64,000 nt of DNA from Selaginella moellendorffii (GCF_000143415.4 NW_003314313.1:390418-454417); one strand, 5' to 3'; positions 24,664 through 37,739 are shown, numbered from the stretch's first letter. The notes: generated from the letters alone by a model not told the origin. Program-made: numbers and translations.

Positions 24664-25899
24664 AGCTGAATGAAAGAGCTTTATTGTTGTAAACTAAGTA
24701 TAATGCAAAGAAAACTAGGAACTTCTCTCAGTGTTCATTTGTTTTTCTTCTAAGGACGTTTGTCAAATTTGCTTAGCTGGACTTGTCTGGGAGAAAAGTC
24801 TAGTGAAGAACGAAATATCGGGGTTTTGTTTCTAACCTCTTGCCGGGCAACTGGAAGATCGCGTGGTCAGAGATTTAGATTCATATCACAGCTCTCTTTC
24901 ACATTGTCCCTTTTAAATTATGCTTCAAAGAATGATCATACTGTGTTGGTTGACCCACTTAAACAAGCTTGCCAAAGAAACTGGGCATGGGGTATTGGAG
25001 GAGCAGCTATTTCAGACTTAGTAATAGGATTATAAGCTTCGCTTTGTCCCACATAAAAGCAATGACTCTTTCAAATAGAGTGCTAAGTGAGTTCACAATC
25101 CCAGAACTGATCACTCCAGCATGCTATTAAACTTCCATGTTCCCCACGGCAGAAAATTAATGGAAGTCTTGAGATCTGAAGCCTAGAGTGAAAGAGATGA
25201 ACTAAAGCAACGAAGAAGAAGTATTGCCTTATCCAACCCCAAGACTTTGTTTGATCCGGTCAATGATGTTTGCTTTCTTTGGAATAAAGAATCCACGTTG
25301 GGCAGTGTATAAAGAGAGGCAGTTGCAGGGGTGAGACTCGTGGCGCGAGTTAAATGTGCTCGTGAGCCCCGGGTACCTCCCAATGGGCCGCTGGCCTCTA
25401 CCGCGGGCGTCCGTTAAGTTTCATACCTTGGCAGCGATGAAACATTCTCGAGATGAATCCAGTAGCGATGATGATCTTTGCTTGCAATATATCTGGCACA
25501 CTTTTTGGGAAGAAAAGATCGGCCTTGATGAACACAAGTAGAAATCGCAGTTTCACACAATAAATGCATCTGTTTTCGTCGAGAGCAGTAGCCTAAACGA
25601 ACACATAGAAGCTCAGTTTTCTCTTTGTGCTTGCTGTTTGGATGGCAAACGAGAGCACTTTCTCTAGGAGAGGCCAGGAGAATCACCTAGATCGAGAAAG
25701 CGATCAGCCGTCGCGAGAGAAAAAAGAAATCCAAGCTTGTGCGGGATCTAACTTTAAATTTTGATAGTTTACTTTTAAAGTTCCAAAGGGCCACGGCATT
25801 CAAGCACTCTGCACAGCGATTTGTTTCCCCACGGATATACATCAGCCGCTATTTGCATGAGGGGATTTTAAAATTGGCGCGAAATGGTTTGTGAACAAC

Positions 25900-26130
25900 G
25901 AGGACGTGGGGGATCCAAATGATGGCGGCCCACGCAAGGTGGCGGAGGCGAGCGAGATCTTCAACTGGATGGCGGAGCTTGATGTTCATGACGAGGCCAA
26001 TGAGATGCTCCAGAGCTCACAGTGCTAGCGCCTTTGCTCAGGAAAAGAGCTGTTCGATTCCATGCCCGGCAAGCATATGCGAGGGCCGCCAACTGACGAG
26101 ACGTGGGTGGCAATGATCAGGGGATCTGGA
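25900..26130 (+). pseudogene. Degenerate PPR gene fragment (second copy ~34090-34190)
   Basis: Broken peptides MMAAHA / AEA(S/R)EIFNWMAELD / SAFAQ..ELFDSMP resemble PLS-class PPR motifs. Confidence 0.45.
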
Positions 26131-27494
26131 CTAGCCCGCGGCCCGGTCATGCCCTGTTGACTCTTTGGCTGCACCGATTCTTTGCCCTATCCCACATGCC
26201 GGAGCGTGGAATGAGGCCACAAACGCAGTGTACTGGACGTTGTAATTTGTGGCAGTAGGGCTCACGTACGCGCAACTAATTTAAGATGGACTGGTCATGG
26301 GTATGGCAATAGATCATGTCGATCGGAAAACAATCCCAAGAAATCATACATATCGATCGCTCGACTGAAAACAAATTCCAAGAAGTCAGACGGAAGCTTT
26401 CTCATACTCCGCTCGGCCCTCTCAATGTTAAGACGCCATCACTCTTGATCAATTATCTATGAATGCTTTAGAAGGTCCCTGTTTTTCGCTTGGATACCAT
26501 GGGAAGAACCTCTGATCGATCACTGATGCAATGAGGAAACAAAAGCAGTGCAAGACAGTGTACTTCAATTGACGATGATTTACCAGGTAAGCTTTTGTGG
26601 GAGAAGCTCAAATTCGGCTGCTTGATTGGAAGCTCAGTTCATGCAGTTTGGATTCATTGCGACCCGATACACTTGGTGTGGGAGAAATGGTTGGGAATCC
26701 ATGAATCACGCTACTGCTTATCTCCTTGTCATGGATGCCTCTTGCCTCATGATCTGTTTATTTGCAATTATGGTTCCGTATGTCGGCCCCATACATTCCG
26801 GGTTGGGAGTATGTTCACCACTGTATTTACTGTATGCACTGCTCATAGAGAACTTCATCGTCTCAAATTGTAACTTCCTTCACTTCTATAAGTTGACTTT
26901 GTTCAAAGAATGCCACCCTTGTGGAGGCTTGGAGTTTATTGCCTGAATCTGGGTGTCTGTTGTAGGTGTTGCTTTATGGTTGGTGGTCAGGCATCACAAA
27001 CCTCTTCCAGAAAATCGTTAGGTCTGGTGTTTCTCCAAAGTGCTCTAAATGCCATTACATACTTGATTTTCTTAGATTTTAATAACGAAAAATTATATCG
27101 TCTAACGTGATTAATCATTTACAAATATCTCTTTGTGGCATGGATTTATATTCTCAATTGATCACGTAGAAGCAAGTCTCGTTGAAATTTTCAATGGAGA
27201 TGTGAGAACTGATCATGTTAATGTCAGGAGTGACAAGTTACGAACAAGCAGAATAGATACTGTTCTGTATGCCCGTCAGGACAAGTCCAAACCACAAGTG
27301 GATTTCCTTATGATCCTATGAAAGATTGACCTTGTGTAGGCCTAGAGAGCCCCCCTTTTTGTTCTAGCAAATCCACCACCTACACCAGATGCCGCAACTG
27401 GGCTTTCACCGTAAATGCTAGACCTGATTCATTTCTCTATCATGTGAAGGCATTTTGGCCAGGATCTAAGTGAGCGTTTTGACATACATATATC

Positions 27495-27497
<3 letters not shown>

Positions 27498-27527
<30 letters not shown>
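27498..27527. repeat. (ATT)10 microsatellite in the ARD 3' region
   Basis: Directly visible; not expanded at the homologous site of the duplicate (~35507). Confidence 0.9.
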
Positions 27528-27583
27528 TAATAAGCAATACAAAGCCAAGTAGAAATGCACGTAGTCATTGATTTATAAGCACT

Positions 27584-28459
27584 TCACTGTGGTGCAAACA
27601 AGCTAATGTATTGTTTCCTGGCACCAGCAAACGGCCTTTAGATAACGGAGTATGATACGAATATGTTACCTGACTGGGTGCTCGTCCTGTGGCCTGTTGT
27701 AAGGCGTCCAAACTGGTTCTCCCACAAAGAGACGCATTGCCTGCTCGAAACCGAAGCATCAGAAGATAAATTCGTGTGCGATCTCAATACCACCTTGATG
27801 TAATTGTTGTTATCCAGAGTGAAGCGATGGTAGCTTCCAGCAGGAAGCACGATCATGTCTCCCTTCTTCACCCAAATACGAATCCACCGATCGCCCAAGT
27901 CTCTCACATCGAAGTAGCCTGCGTTTGCCAAACGTTACTTACATCAAGCTGTTCTTCTCACTTACTACTATCGCTTTTGGTCTAAAATGGAAAACCGAGT
28001 TTGCTAGTTACCGCTTCCATCGAGGCAGTAGCGGATCTCCTCGTCCAGATGGATGTGCTCCTCGAAGAAGCTCCTGATCTTGTGCTCGTAGTTTGGCAGC
28101 TTCTCCGGACTCACGGTGATGATATCCTGTGTGAAACAAAGAAATCAACATAAGCTTTTTTTGCAAATTACTGCAGCTTTGCTCGTCTTTTCCGATCCAA
28201 GAGCTACCTGATATGAGTATCCTCGCTTCTTTCGTATCTCCTGTAGCTTTGAATCGGTCTCGTACCGATCTGCGTCGAGATTCCAGTGCAAAACACCCAG
28301 AGCTGCAAGGCACCAAAACGTTTCCAAGGTGAGAAGCAGAAAAACAAAGAAATCTCACAGAAAACCTGCGAGCTTCTCGTGCGAAACGAGCTGGACTGGG
28401 TTGAGGTGATGCGGCTGCCGCTGATCTTCACTCGAGTCGTCCATATACCAAGCCTCCAT
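27584..28459 (-). CDS. ARD: Acireductone dioxygenase (methionine salvage)
   Basis: [80 protein letters not shown], last exon [11 protein letters not shown]. Metal ligands H,H,E,H present. Confidence 0.93.
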
Positions 28460-29405
28460 CTTGTCTCAGCTCTCCTGCTGCAAAAAACGAACGAGAAAAG
28501 AGAAAACTACAGGTTCTCTCTCGTCTCGTTTTCCGAGAGCGAGAGATTCTCGGGGCCGCGAGCACTTCTTGAGATTTATTCTCGTTCTTCAGCTCGATGG
28601 ATAGATGAAAGGACGAAGCAAGTAGGATCTTCGGAGCGGAGCTGAAGAACAAGTCAATGAGTGAGAGGAAGAAAACTGAAGAACCAGACGGTCGCTCGAT
28701 GGTTGATTATAAAAGAGTTGATCCTTTCTTTAAATAAGACCCGCCATCCATCGGATGGAACAAGTGTTTATAAGAACGGTTTGGTTTTGTAGAGCCACTG
28801 TTTCGTATACAGGCTGGAGAAGACTTTTGCGAGCGATTGCGTGGGCAAATACCAGCAGCGTTTATCTGAAAATTTAACGCAGCGCTCGACATTGGAGTCC
28901 GCACCCGGGGAATGTATGTGACATATGCCACTACGGAATCTCTCGTCGGCTTGTTTGCATATGCGCAAGTCTTTTTCTTCTTTGTCAAGAAAAAAATAAA
29001 CTTCCTGCAAGTTGCAAGTGTTTCTGTCAGTGGATCAAATGGGCCAATTTGATAGCGGCGGGTATTGTTTACTACTTGCCTGGGGTCCAATGCACTGCAC
29101 TCGGCAAAAGGATGGAACAGTACCCCGCTGGAAGCTTGTGCACCTTTGGCCGCATAGATTAGATGCATGAATCTGTTGACAAGCGAGAAGAGAGTCAGAA
29201 GCGATGGAGCTTTCAAGTTAAATTCGATGCCACTCACCTCGCCGATCGTCGATCCACAAGGCCATGGCTGTAGTCTCAATCATCCCTGTCTGACAAACAC
29301 AAACCAAGCGCAAGTAACTTTATGCACAAATCAGTCTGTCTATATCAAGCACCTGGAGTTCAGAGCTATGTTACACGAGCGTAATTTACAAATAATGGCA
29401 GAAAG

Positions 29406-30555
29406 TTACCCATCGTGGTGTGAAGACGAAGGCATTCCACCGCGCCAATACCCAGACCGAGACAGTCCACTGTCTGCAAGGAACTGCATGTACGTTGCCT
29501 CGAGTTCAGCGTAAGACTTGCGTAATTCTTCCTCTTCTCGTGCTTTCCTCTGCTCTTCTGTCTCACTCTCAGCTCCCTCCTGAAAAAGACATGGCATTCA
29601 GTCTCACGTCAAGGCTTGCGTGTAAGAGGATTATACCAGCCGCTGTCCATCACCCGGAACAGCCACTTCGGATTCTCTATCGCCGTCGAGGATCCTTTGC
29701 CAGCGATGAAGTCGTGGACGGCGTTGTACATCCCACAGCTCTTTCTCAGCTTGCGTCCTAGAGACTTCTACTTTTATTCTGTTCTGCGCTTCTTGTAGGA
29801 GTTTTCGAAAGCCAAGAAGCACAACCGGAACCAGCAAGAGTAACGGAGCCGTGAAGCTTACCTGCATAAAACAACACGTTGATATGACGACTTAGTACAA
29901 AGAAAAGCTTACGAAGTTTGGAAATCCTGACACCATCCATGGAGGAACAGGTGACCGTGGTTGTGCAACAGTGCTGATAATTTCTTCCGAGGTCGATGGT
30001 GTGTCCTGGATGACCAAAGCAGCAACCTGAAGAAGGAAGCCATAGTTCGTGGTACGTGCGAAATGAAAGTTTGTTTACCTTTTGGAACACTCTCGGTTGG
30101 ACAGGCACTAGCAAGACGCGACCAGTTTGTAGCAAATCAATGTCGTCAATCTTATTTGCTAGAGCGATAGTTTGCACAGAAGTGCTGTATTGGCGGGCTA
30201 TGGAAGTTAACGTTTCACCCCTGAAGAAACAATGTTAGCACAAGAGAAGGAAATTAAGAGAGCAAAAAATCCCATACTCTTGAACGTTATGGCAAATGGA
30301 GAACGAGACAGGATGAGTGACGCTCCGATCGGTTGCTTCTCCGGCCTATTCGCAGAGAAAACACTCCATCACTAGCTATCTTGCTAGAAATTCCGCTCAT
30401 ACCTTGTCCGCCACGGCCGAAATCTTCCCTGCATTCTCCCGGCGCCTCCCGATCGGCACGGATATGGCCAGGGAAGGGAGCCTGGAGATCCCGCGGTCAA
30501 CCGCGGTGCTAGCGCCCGCCAAGCCAGCGCCGAGATGAGCAACCCTAGCCTGCAT
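29406..30555 (-). CDS. LysM-domain protein with one TM helix and a C-terminal GYWRGG motif, 6 exons
   Basis: Spliced HNVQE|GETLTSIARQYSTSVQTIALANKIDDIDLLQTGRVLLVP (LysM), hydrophobic FTAPLLLLVPVVLLGF, C-terminal YMQFLADSGLSRSGYWRGG. Ala/Ser/Arg-rich N-terminus resembles a transit peptide. Confidence 0.85.
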
Positions 30556-31189
30556 AGCGCGAGACCGAGCTAGGGCTTTGCGTAAAAGAATTTCATCTCA
30601 AACGGCTACGTTTTGACCAAATTTGACCATTTATCTTAATTAATAAAACTTTGTAGTCTTGTGAATGTTCCGTGTACCACCAAAACTTGCTCCCTACAAA
30701 GACTTCCATGAATATATACATACTTTTGAATGAGAAACATTGTCGTCTGTTTATAAAACTCGTGGATCCGACTCGTGGAAGCTAGCTCTTGTCCCTTCCA
30801 TGGGAATTTCGTTCCACGCTGTTGACTAGAAGTTTTGAAAATTTTCAACCTCGGCATAGAACTAGACCAGATTTGCTTTGACGGCCTTTCTTTCAAATCA
30901 GTCAAGGTATCAATAATCAAATACCGGGGCTTTACTTGAATAGTGGCCGTATTCAGTGATGGTTTCTCAGATAGTCAAGTTCACCTTTTTGACTACCTGC
31001 AAAGAAAATGCACTGTGTTTAACTCTCAACGACAAGATGTTTAAAACACTGGTTAAAAAGGTGGTCTTATGAGGCTGATTAAAGGTGGTCTTTTGTAACA
31101 AGTTACGTGTTGGACGTTCATGCATCCATAACATAAAAGCCCTAGAAATCTTGAAGGATTTTCATCAAGCTCCTCTCCCTTTGTTGGGT

Positions 31190-32550
31190 TAGTTACGCAT
31201 AGACATCAACGATCGAAGGAGTATGAATAACGATAATTCTTCTCTACAAAATTGTGCTGGAAAGTTGAGGCTCTATCTCTCACTTGGCGCAACACAAGCT
31301 CTCTTTGCTGGATTCGAAGTTTTGAGCCGAGTAGCTCTTGACCAAGGCGTGGGAAAGACGGCGTTCACGTTTTACAGGAATTGTCTCGCCACCATCGTGT
31401 TGGGAATCTCTGGAATCATCTTCGAGCGCAACAACTAGGAGGTTTTCTACTTCTTTTTCCTAGGGTTCTTGGGGGTGACGATGAACCAGCTTTGCTACCT
31501 GGTCGGCCTGGGTTTGATGTCGGTCATGGTTACATCGGCCATCCGCAACTGCATCCCTATAATGACGTTTGTTCTTGCGACGAGCCTTGATCATCCTTGG
31601 TGCGGAAGACTGCGAATTTGCCCTCAAGAACCACGGGACCTTTGTAGATTGACAAGATGATTGAACCAACAAGACCGATCAGCGCTCCCGAGAGCTTGGC
31701 GATGCCATGCCTTTGTCTCAAGTTAAATCTTTTCCAGCTTGAAGAAACAAAAGAGTTGTTGATGACTCTTTAGTTTTGGCATATCCTAACTACACATGAC
31801 CTTGCATTTTGTGCATAAATGATTATAATATTGTTTTGGAAATGTGTTGATGCCAAAGAGCTAAAATATGCCTAATCAACACCATTTCATTGTATATATA
31901 AGTTGTACTCGGCAATCGTCTCCAACATTATGGAGAGCCATATACTCCACTTCTTCACTCGCGAGCTCCACTATAAGATGGTTTCATGGCATCTGGGAGC
32001 AATCTTTCTCCTCCTATCGGGCCTCTCTTTTGCGCTCTTTCTCATCCTCCAGGCTCCAGTACTCAAATCTTTCCCAGCTCCAGTAACTTTCGCTTCCATG
32101 TCGTGCCTCTCGAGTGTGATCCAGCTCCCGATTGTTGGAGAGGCGTTTGAGCCACAGTGGAACTTGTGGACGAACATCAAACTCGGGGAAGCTCTGAGCA
32201 TCGTCTACGCAGGAGTAATTGGATCGGGGATTGTATCAGGGATTCAATCGTGGGCAGTGAAAGAAGGAGGCCCGGTGGTAGTGGCAGCGTATCAACCACT
32301 GGAAACTATTATCACGGCGTGTCTAAGCTATTTCTTCTTGAAGGAAAGCTTGCGATTGGGAACTCTGGTGGGAGGGCTCACGATTATCTCCGGCTTATAC
32401 TTGCTCATATGGGGGCAGAGAAAGGAACGCGAGGCAAATGAGGAGGTTACGAGGAAAGCCACAGAGATTACTCTAGTTCTACAGCCTAGTCGGCGAGCTA
32501 GCTTTATCAAACCAGTTCAGGTATTTAATGTTGAGCAACGAGGCATTTAA
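31190..32550 (+). pseudogene. UMAMIT duplicate, disrupted
   Basis: Start codon region deleted, small deletion giving a stop at 31436, internal segment inverted (31578-31749), ~160-bp filler. 3' half nearly identical to 24022-24663. Confidence 0.92.
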
Positions 32551-34619
32551 AGCTGAATGAAAGAGCTCTATTATGACTTGAATGAAATATCGGAGTTTTG
32601 TTTCTAACCTCTTGCCGGGCAGCCGGAATATCGCGTGGTCAGAGACTTAGATTGATATCACAGCTCTCTTTCACATTGTCCCTTTTAAATTATGCTTCAA
32701 AGAATGGTTATACTGTGTGGTTGACCCACTTAAGCTTGCCAAAGAAACTGGGCATGCGACTGGGTATTGGAAGAGATTATAAGCATCGCTTTGTCCCCAC
32801 ATAAAAGCAATGAGTCCTTCAAATAGAGTGTTAATTGGCCGGCCTCCATGATCACTCCAGCATGCTATTAAACTTCCATGTTCCCCACGGTAAAAAATTT
32901 ATGGAAGTCTTGAAATCTGAAGCCTGGAGTGCAAGAGATGAACTAAAGCAACGAAGAAGAGGTTTCATGATGATCTTTAACAAACATTCTCGGGATGAAT
33001 CCAGTAGCGATGATGATCTTTGGCTGCAATATATCTGGCACGCTTTTTGGGAAGAAAAGATCGGTCTTGATCAACACAAGTAGAAATTTGTTTGCGGTTT
33101 CACTCGATAAAAGCATTTGTTTGCGTCTCAAGAGAGCAGTAGCCTAAACGAACACATAGAAGCTCAGTTTCCCTGTTCTCCTTGTGCTTGCTGGTTGGAT
33201 GGCAAACGAGAGCACTTTCTTTAGGAGAGGCCAGGAGAATCATTATTTCGAAAGCGAGAGTCGAAGTGGGGACTTGGTAGAGTGTATTAGGGTCAGGGTC
33301 AACCCTCACATTGGATCCCTATGTGCATGGTCCACCATATAGGAATGGGGGCAGTAGGCAGGAATGGTCACAGAGTTAAAAGTTCCTCAAGAGGATCTCC
33401 CACTATTGAAGGGTCTCCCATAATGTTTGGACTAAGTAAGTTGCTTCATCATTGCTTTCTTTTGCTTGTCACTTCATTGGAGGAGACCATCAGATCCCTT
33501 GGGAGTAAATTTGTGATTTTTTCCTGTAGTTATTGCAACTTTTTTCCTGCCAACTTGTACTTCCAGAATGTCTTCATTGGCATTAGATCGAGAAAGCGAT
33601 CAGCTCACGACTCCATAGTCACGCGAGAAAAAAAAGAAATGGATCCTCCAATCGAGCATGATCTACATGCGGCAGCGATCCTCCTCTGTTTCAGAACTTT
33701 AAATTTTGATAGCTTTCTTTTAGACCAAGATGGCACCAGTGAAAGTGAGTTCCAAAGGGCCAGGGAAATGGCACTAGGGCGTGCTCATCCAAGCAGCATG
33801 GCGATTTGTTTCGCCGCGGATATACATCAGTTTTGCCGCTATAGTTTTTATGGAGATGCCTTGTGGAGAATTATGTGTTTGTTCTTAAAAAGGACTAGCA
33901 AGTCGTGGTAGACAATTGTGTTCCTAGTGAGTCTCTATAATCTGATTGTCGATATAAGCACATTCTTGTGAATTTAAACAAGACAGGCATCTTCAATATA
34001 TAATCTTGTGGTCGTGGGTTCGAACCACGGCGCATGAGGTGATTTTAAAATTGGCGCGAATCTTGTGAACAACGGGCATTTGGAGGACGAAGTTGTGATG
34101 GCGGCCTAAGCAAGGTGGCGGAGGCGAGGGAGATCTTCAACTGGATGGCAGAGCTTGATGCTCATTACGAGGCCAAGGAGATGCTAGCCTCGGATGGAAT
34201 GAGGCCACAAACGCAGTGTGATTCCCGCACTGGACGTTGTAATTTGTGGAAGTTGAGGGCTCGCGTACGCGCAACTAATTTTAAGATGGACTGGTCATGG
34301 GTATGGCAAAATATCATGTCGATCGGCGCTGGACTGAAAACAATCCCAAGAAATCAGACATGTCGATCGGTGCTCGACTGAAAACAATCCCAAGGAATCA
34401 GACGGAAGCTTTCTCATACTCCGGGGACTCGGCCCTCTCAATGTTAAGACGCCACCGCTCATGATCAATTCTCTATGAATGCTTTAGAAGGTTCCTGTTT
34501 TTCACTTGGATACCATGGTAAGAACCTCTGATCATGACAGTGAAATCACTGATGCAATGAGGAAACCAAAGCAGTTCAAGACAGTCTACTTCAATTGTTC
34601 TGATGATGATTTACCAGTG

Positions 34620-35341
34620 NNNNNNNNNNNNNNNNNNNNNNNNNNNNNNNNNNNNNNNNNNNNNNNNNNNNNNNNNNNNNNNNNNNNNNNNNNNNNNNNN
34701 NNNNNNNNNNNNNNNNNNNNNNNNNNNNNNNNNNNNNNNNNNNNNNNNNNNNNNNNNNNNNNNNNNNNNNNNNNNNNNNNNNNNNNNNNNNNNNNNNNNN
34801 NNNNNNNNNNNNNNNNNNNNNNNNNNNNNNNNNNNNNNNNNNNNNNNNNNNNNNNNNNNNNNNNNNNNNNNNNNNNNNNNNNNNNNNNNNNNNNNNNNNN
34901 NNNNNNNNNNNNNNNNNNNNNNNNNNNNNNNNNNNNNNNNNNNNNNNNNNNNNNNNNNNNNNNNNNNNNNNNNNNNNNNNNNNNNNNNNNNNNNNNNNNN
35001 NNNNNNNNNNNNNNNNNNNNNNNNNNNNNNNNNNNNNNNNNNNNNNNNNNNNNNNNNNNNNNNNNNNNNNNNNNNNNNNNNNNNNNNNNNNNNNNNNNNN
35101 NNNNNNNNNNNNNNNNNNNNNNNNNNNNNNNNNNNNNNNNNNNNNNNNNNNNNNNNNNNNNNNNNNNNNNNNNNNNNNNNNNNNNNNNNNNNNNNNNNNN
35201 NNNNNNNNNNNNNNNNNNNNNNNNNNNNNNNNNNNNNNNNNNNNNNNNNNNNNNNNNNNNNNNNNNNNNNNNNNNNNNNNNNNNNNNNNNNNNNNNNNNN
35301 NNNNNNNNNNNNNNNNNNNNNNNNNNNNNNNNNNNNNNNNN
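34620..35341. other. Assembly gap (722 N)
   Basis: Run of N. Confidence 1.
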
Positions 35342-35557
35342 CCTTTTCTAGCAAACCCACCACCTACACCAGATGCCGCAACTGGGCTTTCACCGTAAAT
35401 GCCAGACCTGATTCATTTCTCTATCGTATGAAGGCATTTTGGCCAGGATCGGAGTGACAAGTTCTGGACAAGCAGAATAGATACTCGTCAGGACAATACA
35501 TATATCTTTATTATAATTACTATTTAATAATCAATACAAAGCCAAGTAGTCAATGCT

Positions 35558-36300
35558 TCATTTAGGTGCATACAAGCTGATGTATTGTTTCCTGGCACCA
35601 GCAAACGGCCTTGAGATACGGAGTATGATACGAATATGTTACCTGACGCGGTGCTCGTCCTGTGGCCTGTTGTAAGGCGTCCAAACTGGTTTTCCCACAA
35701 AGAAACGCATAGCCTGAAGCATCAGGAGATAAATTCGTGTGTGATCTCAATACCACCTTGACGTAATTGTTGTTATCCAGAGTGAAGCGAGGGTAGCTTC
35801 CAGCAGGAAGTACGATCATGTCTCCCTTCTTCGCCCAAGTCTCTCACATCGAAGTAGCCTGCGTTTGTCAAACGATACTTACATCAAGCTGTTCTTCTCA
35901 ATTACTACTATCGCTTTTGGTCTAAATTGGAAGCCGAGTTTGCTAGTTACCGCTTCCATCGAGGCAGTAGCGGATCTCCTCGTCCAGATGGATGTGCTCC
36001 TCGAAGAAGCTCTGATCTTGTGCTCGCAGTTTGGCAGCTTCTCCGGACTCACGGTGATGATATCCTGTGTGAAACAAAGAAATCAACATAAGCTTTTTTT
36101 GCAAATTACTGTAGCTTTGCTCGTCTCTTCCGATCCAAGAGCTACCTGGAGTATCCTCGCTTCTTTCGTATCTCCTGTAGCTTTGAGTCGGTCTCGTACT
36201 GATCTGCGTCAAGATCGCAGTGCAAAACACCCAGGGCACCAAAGCGTTTCCAAGGTGAGAAGCAGCAGAACAAAGAAATCTCACAGAAAACCTGCGAGCT
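35558..36300 (-). pseudogene. ARD duplicate, disrupted
   Basis: Most of first coding exon missing, several small deletions and a frameshift near 36012, metal-ligand His replaced (YHRF to YPRF). Confidence 0.9.
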
Positions 36301-36366
36301 TAAACGAGCTGACTGGGCCGGTCTCTGCTCGCCCTAGCGCCTTGCTCAGCTCGCTAGTGCCGTTAT

Positions 36367-36771
36367 CTGTAGCAAATCAATGTCGTCAATCTTATTTGCT
36401 AGAGCGATAGTTTGCACAGAAGTGCTGTATTGGCGGGCTATGGAAGTTAAACGTTTCACCCCTGAAGAAACAATGTTAGCACAAGAGAAGAAAAGGAAAA
36501 AATCCCATACTCTTGAGAACGAGACAGGATGAGTGACGCTCCGATCCGTTGCTTCTCCGGCCTATTTGCAGAGAAAACACTCCATCACTAGCTATCTTGC
36601 TAGAAATTCCGCTCATACCTTGTCCGCCATGGCCGAAATCTTCCCTGCATTCTCCCGACGCCTCCCGATCGGCACGGATTTGGCCAGGGAAGGGAGCCTA
36701 GAGATCCCGCGGTCGATCGCAGTGCTAGCGCCCGCCAAGCCAGCGGCAAGATGAGCAACCCTAGCCTGCAT
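36367..36771 (-). pseudogene. 5' part of LysM gene duplicate, truncated
   Basis: Matches 30128-30555. Deletion in exon 2, +1 insertion at ~36450, 3' exons lost. Confidence 0.9.
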
Positions 36772-37653
36772 AGCGCGAGAACGAGCTAGGGCTTTGAGCA
36801 AAAGAATCTCAAACGGCTAAGTTTTGACCAAAGTTGACTGTTTATCTTAATTAATAGAACTTTGGTAGTCTTGTGAATGTTCCACCCCCTTTCATGAACA
36901 TAGAGCCAGCCTTACAAACCTTTGAATGAGAATGTTTGTTCCAAAGTGTTCCATGTTTATAAGACTGGTGGATCCGACCTGGACGCTAGTTCGTTCCACA
37001 AATTTCTTTTCAAGCTTTTGTGCCTTCCACGAGAATTTCGTTCCACGCTATTGACGCCCGCTATTTGGTCTGAGAAAGAAAGACCCGAAAGTAAAGCAAA
37101 TCTGGTTTAGTTTTATGCCCTGCTTGAAAATTTTCATGACTTGGGCGTGACTTGAATAGTGGCCAGGTCTGCAAGGGAAGGATGCAGTGATGGTTTCTCA
37201 AGAAGCCAAATTTCTTCCTATTCATAACATGCCCCGTGTTGACGAAGTGAAAATTTTGATGCTGATAGCAAAGAAAATGCACTGTTTAACTCAAAAGGTA
37301 CTGTTTTCGAGTTTTTCTCAACCATAACTAACTCTGAAATAGTATAGCGCTACCAAGTAAACGAATACTCTTCCAATACTGAATCCAGCTCAGATGTTTA
37401 AAACACTGGTCAAAAAGAAGATAATTCATACTTATCTGTACACACGTCTTTGACCAGTGTTGGTTTGCTGGTCTTTGAGGCAGCCTGTAACAACACAAAA
37501 GACCATGAAATTCCGCGTTATGGATACAGCATGAGCGTCCGACACGTAATGGCACTTGAAACTTGTCGATTTATGGCACGGTCCGAGTCCTGAGCTAGTC
37601 GCTTAAGCCCCTCGATTGATTTAACAGGATCAGTAAAAAAAAAATGTGATGAC

Positions 37654-37661
37654 TATATAAG
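37654..37661 (+). promoter_or_regulatory. Putative TATA box of GMC-hydrolase gene 1
   Basis: TATATAAG ~80 bp upstream of ATG 37740. Similar TATA-like motifs at ~47599 (gene 3) and ~51903 (gene 4). Confidence 0.5.
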
Positions 37662-37739
37662 CAATCCAGCTGCGTACTCTGATCCTCCAGTCCAGTCTTC
37701 TCATTCGAAAGCCTGTAAGCACAGTAAGGTGTGAGAGGA

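Larger units (their letters stand above)
31132..37420 (+). repeat. Degraded tandem duplicate of the ~23357-31130 block (UMAMIT-ARD-LysM)
   Basis: Colinear high-identity matches: 31132 vs 23357, 32551-34619 vs 24664-26587, 35342 vs ~27355, 36367-36850 vs 30128-30645, 37390-37415 vs 31035-31058. Confidence 0.92.

Noticed and set aside
25100-25541. Broken ORF (MLLNFHVPHG...LQYIWHTFWEEKIG), duplicated at 32860-33083
   Set aside because: Looks like a gene remnant but has stops and no family I can recognise.
28707-29279. 190-aa minus-strand ORF
   Set aside because: No homology recognised; lies between LysM 3' end and ARD 5' end, probably UTR or promoter.
34506-35457. ORFs of 250-284 aa
   Set aside because: Artefacts of the N gap.
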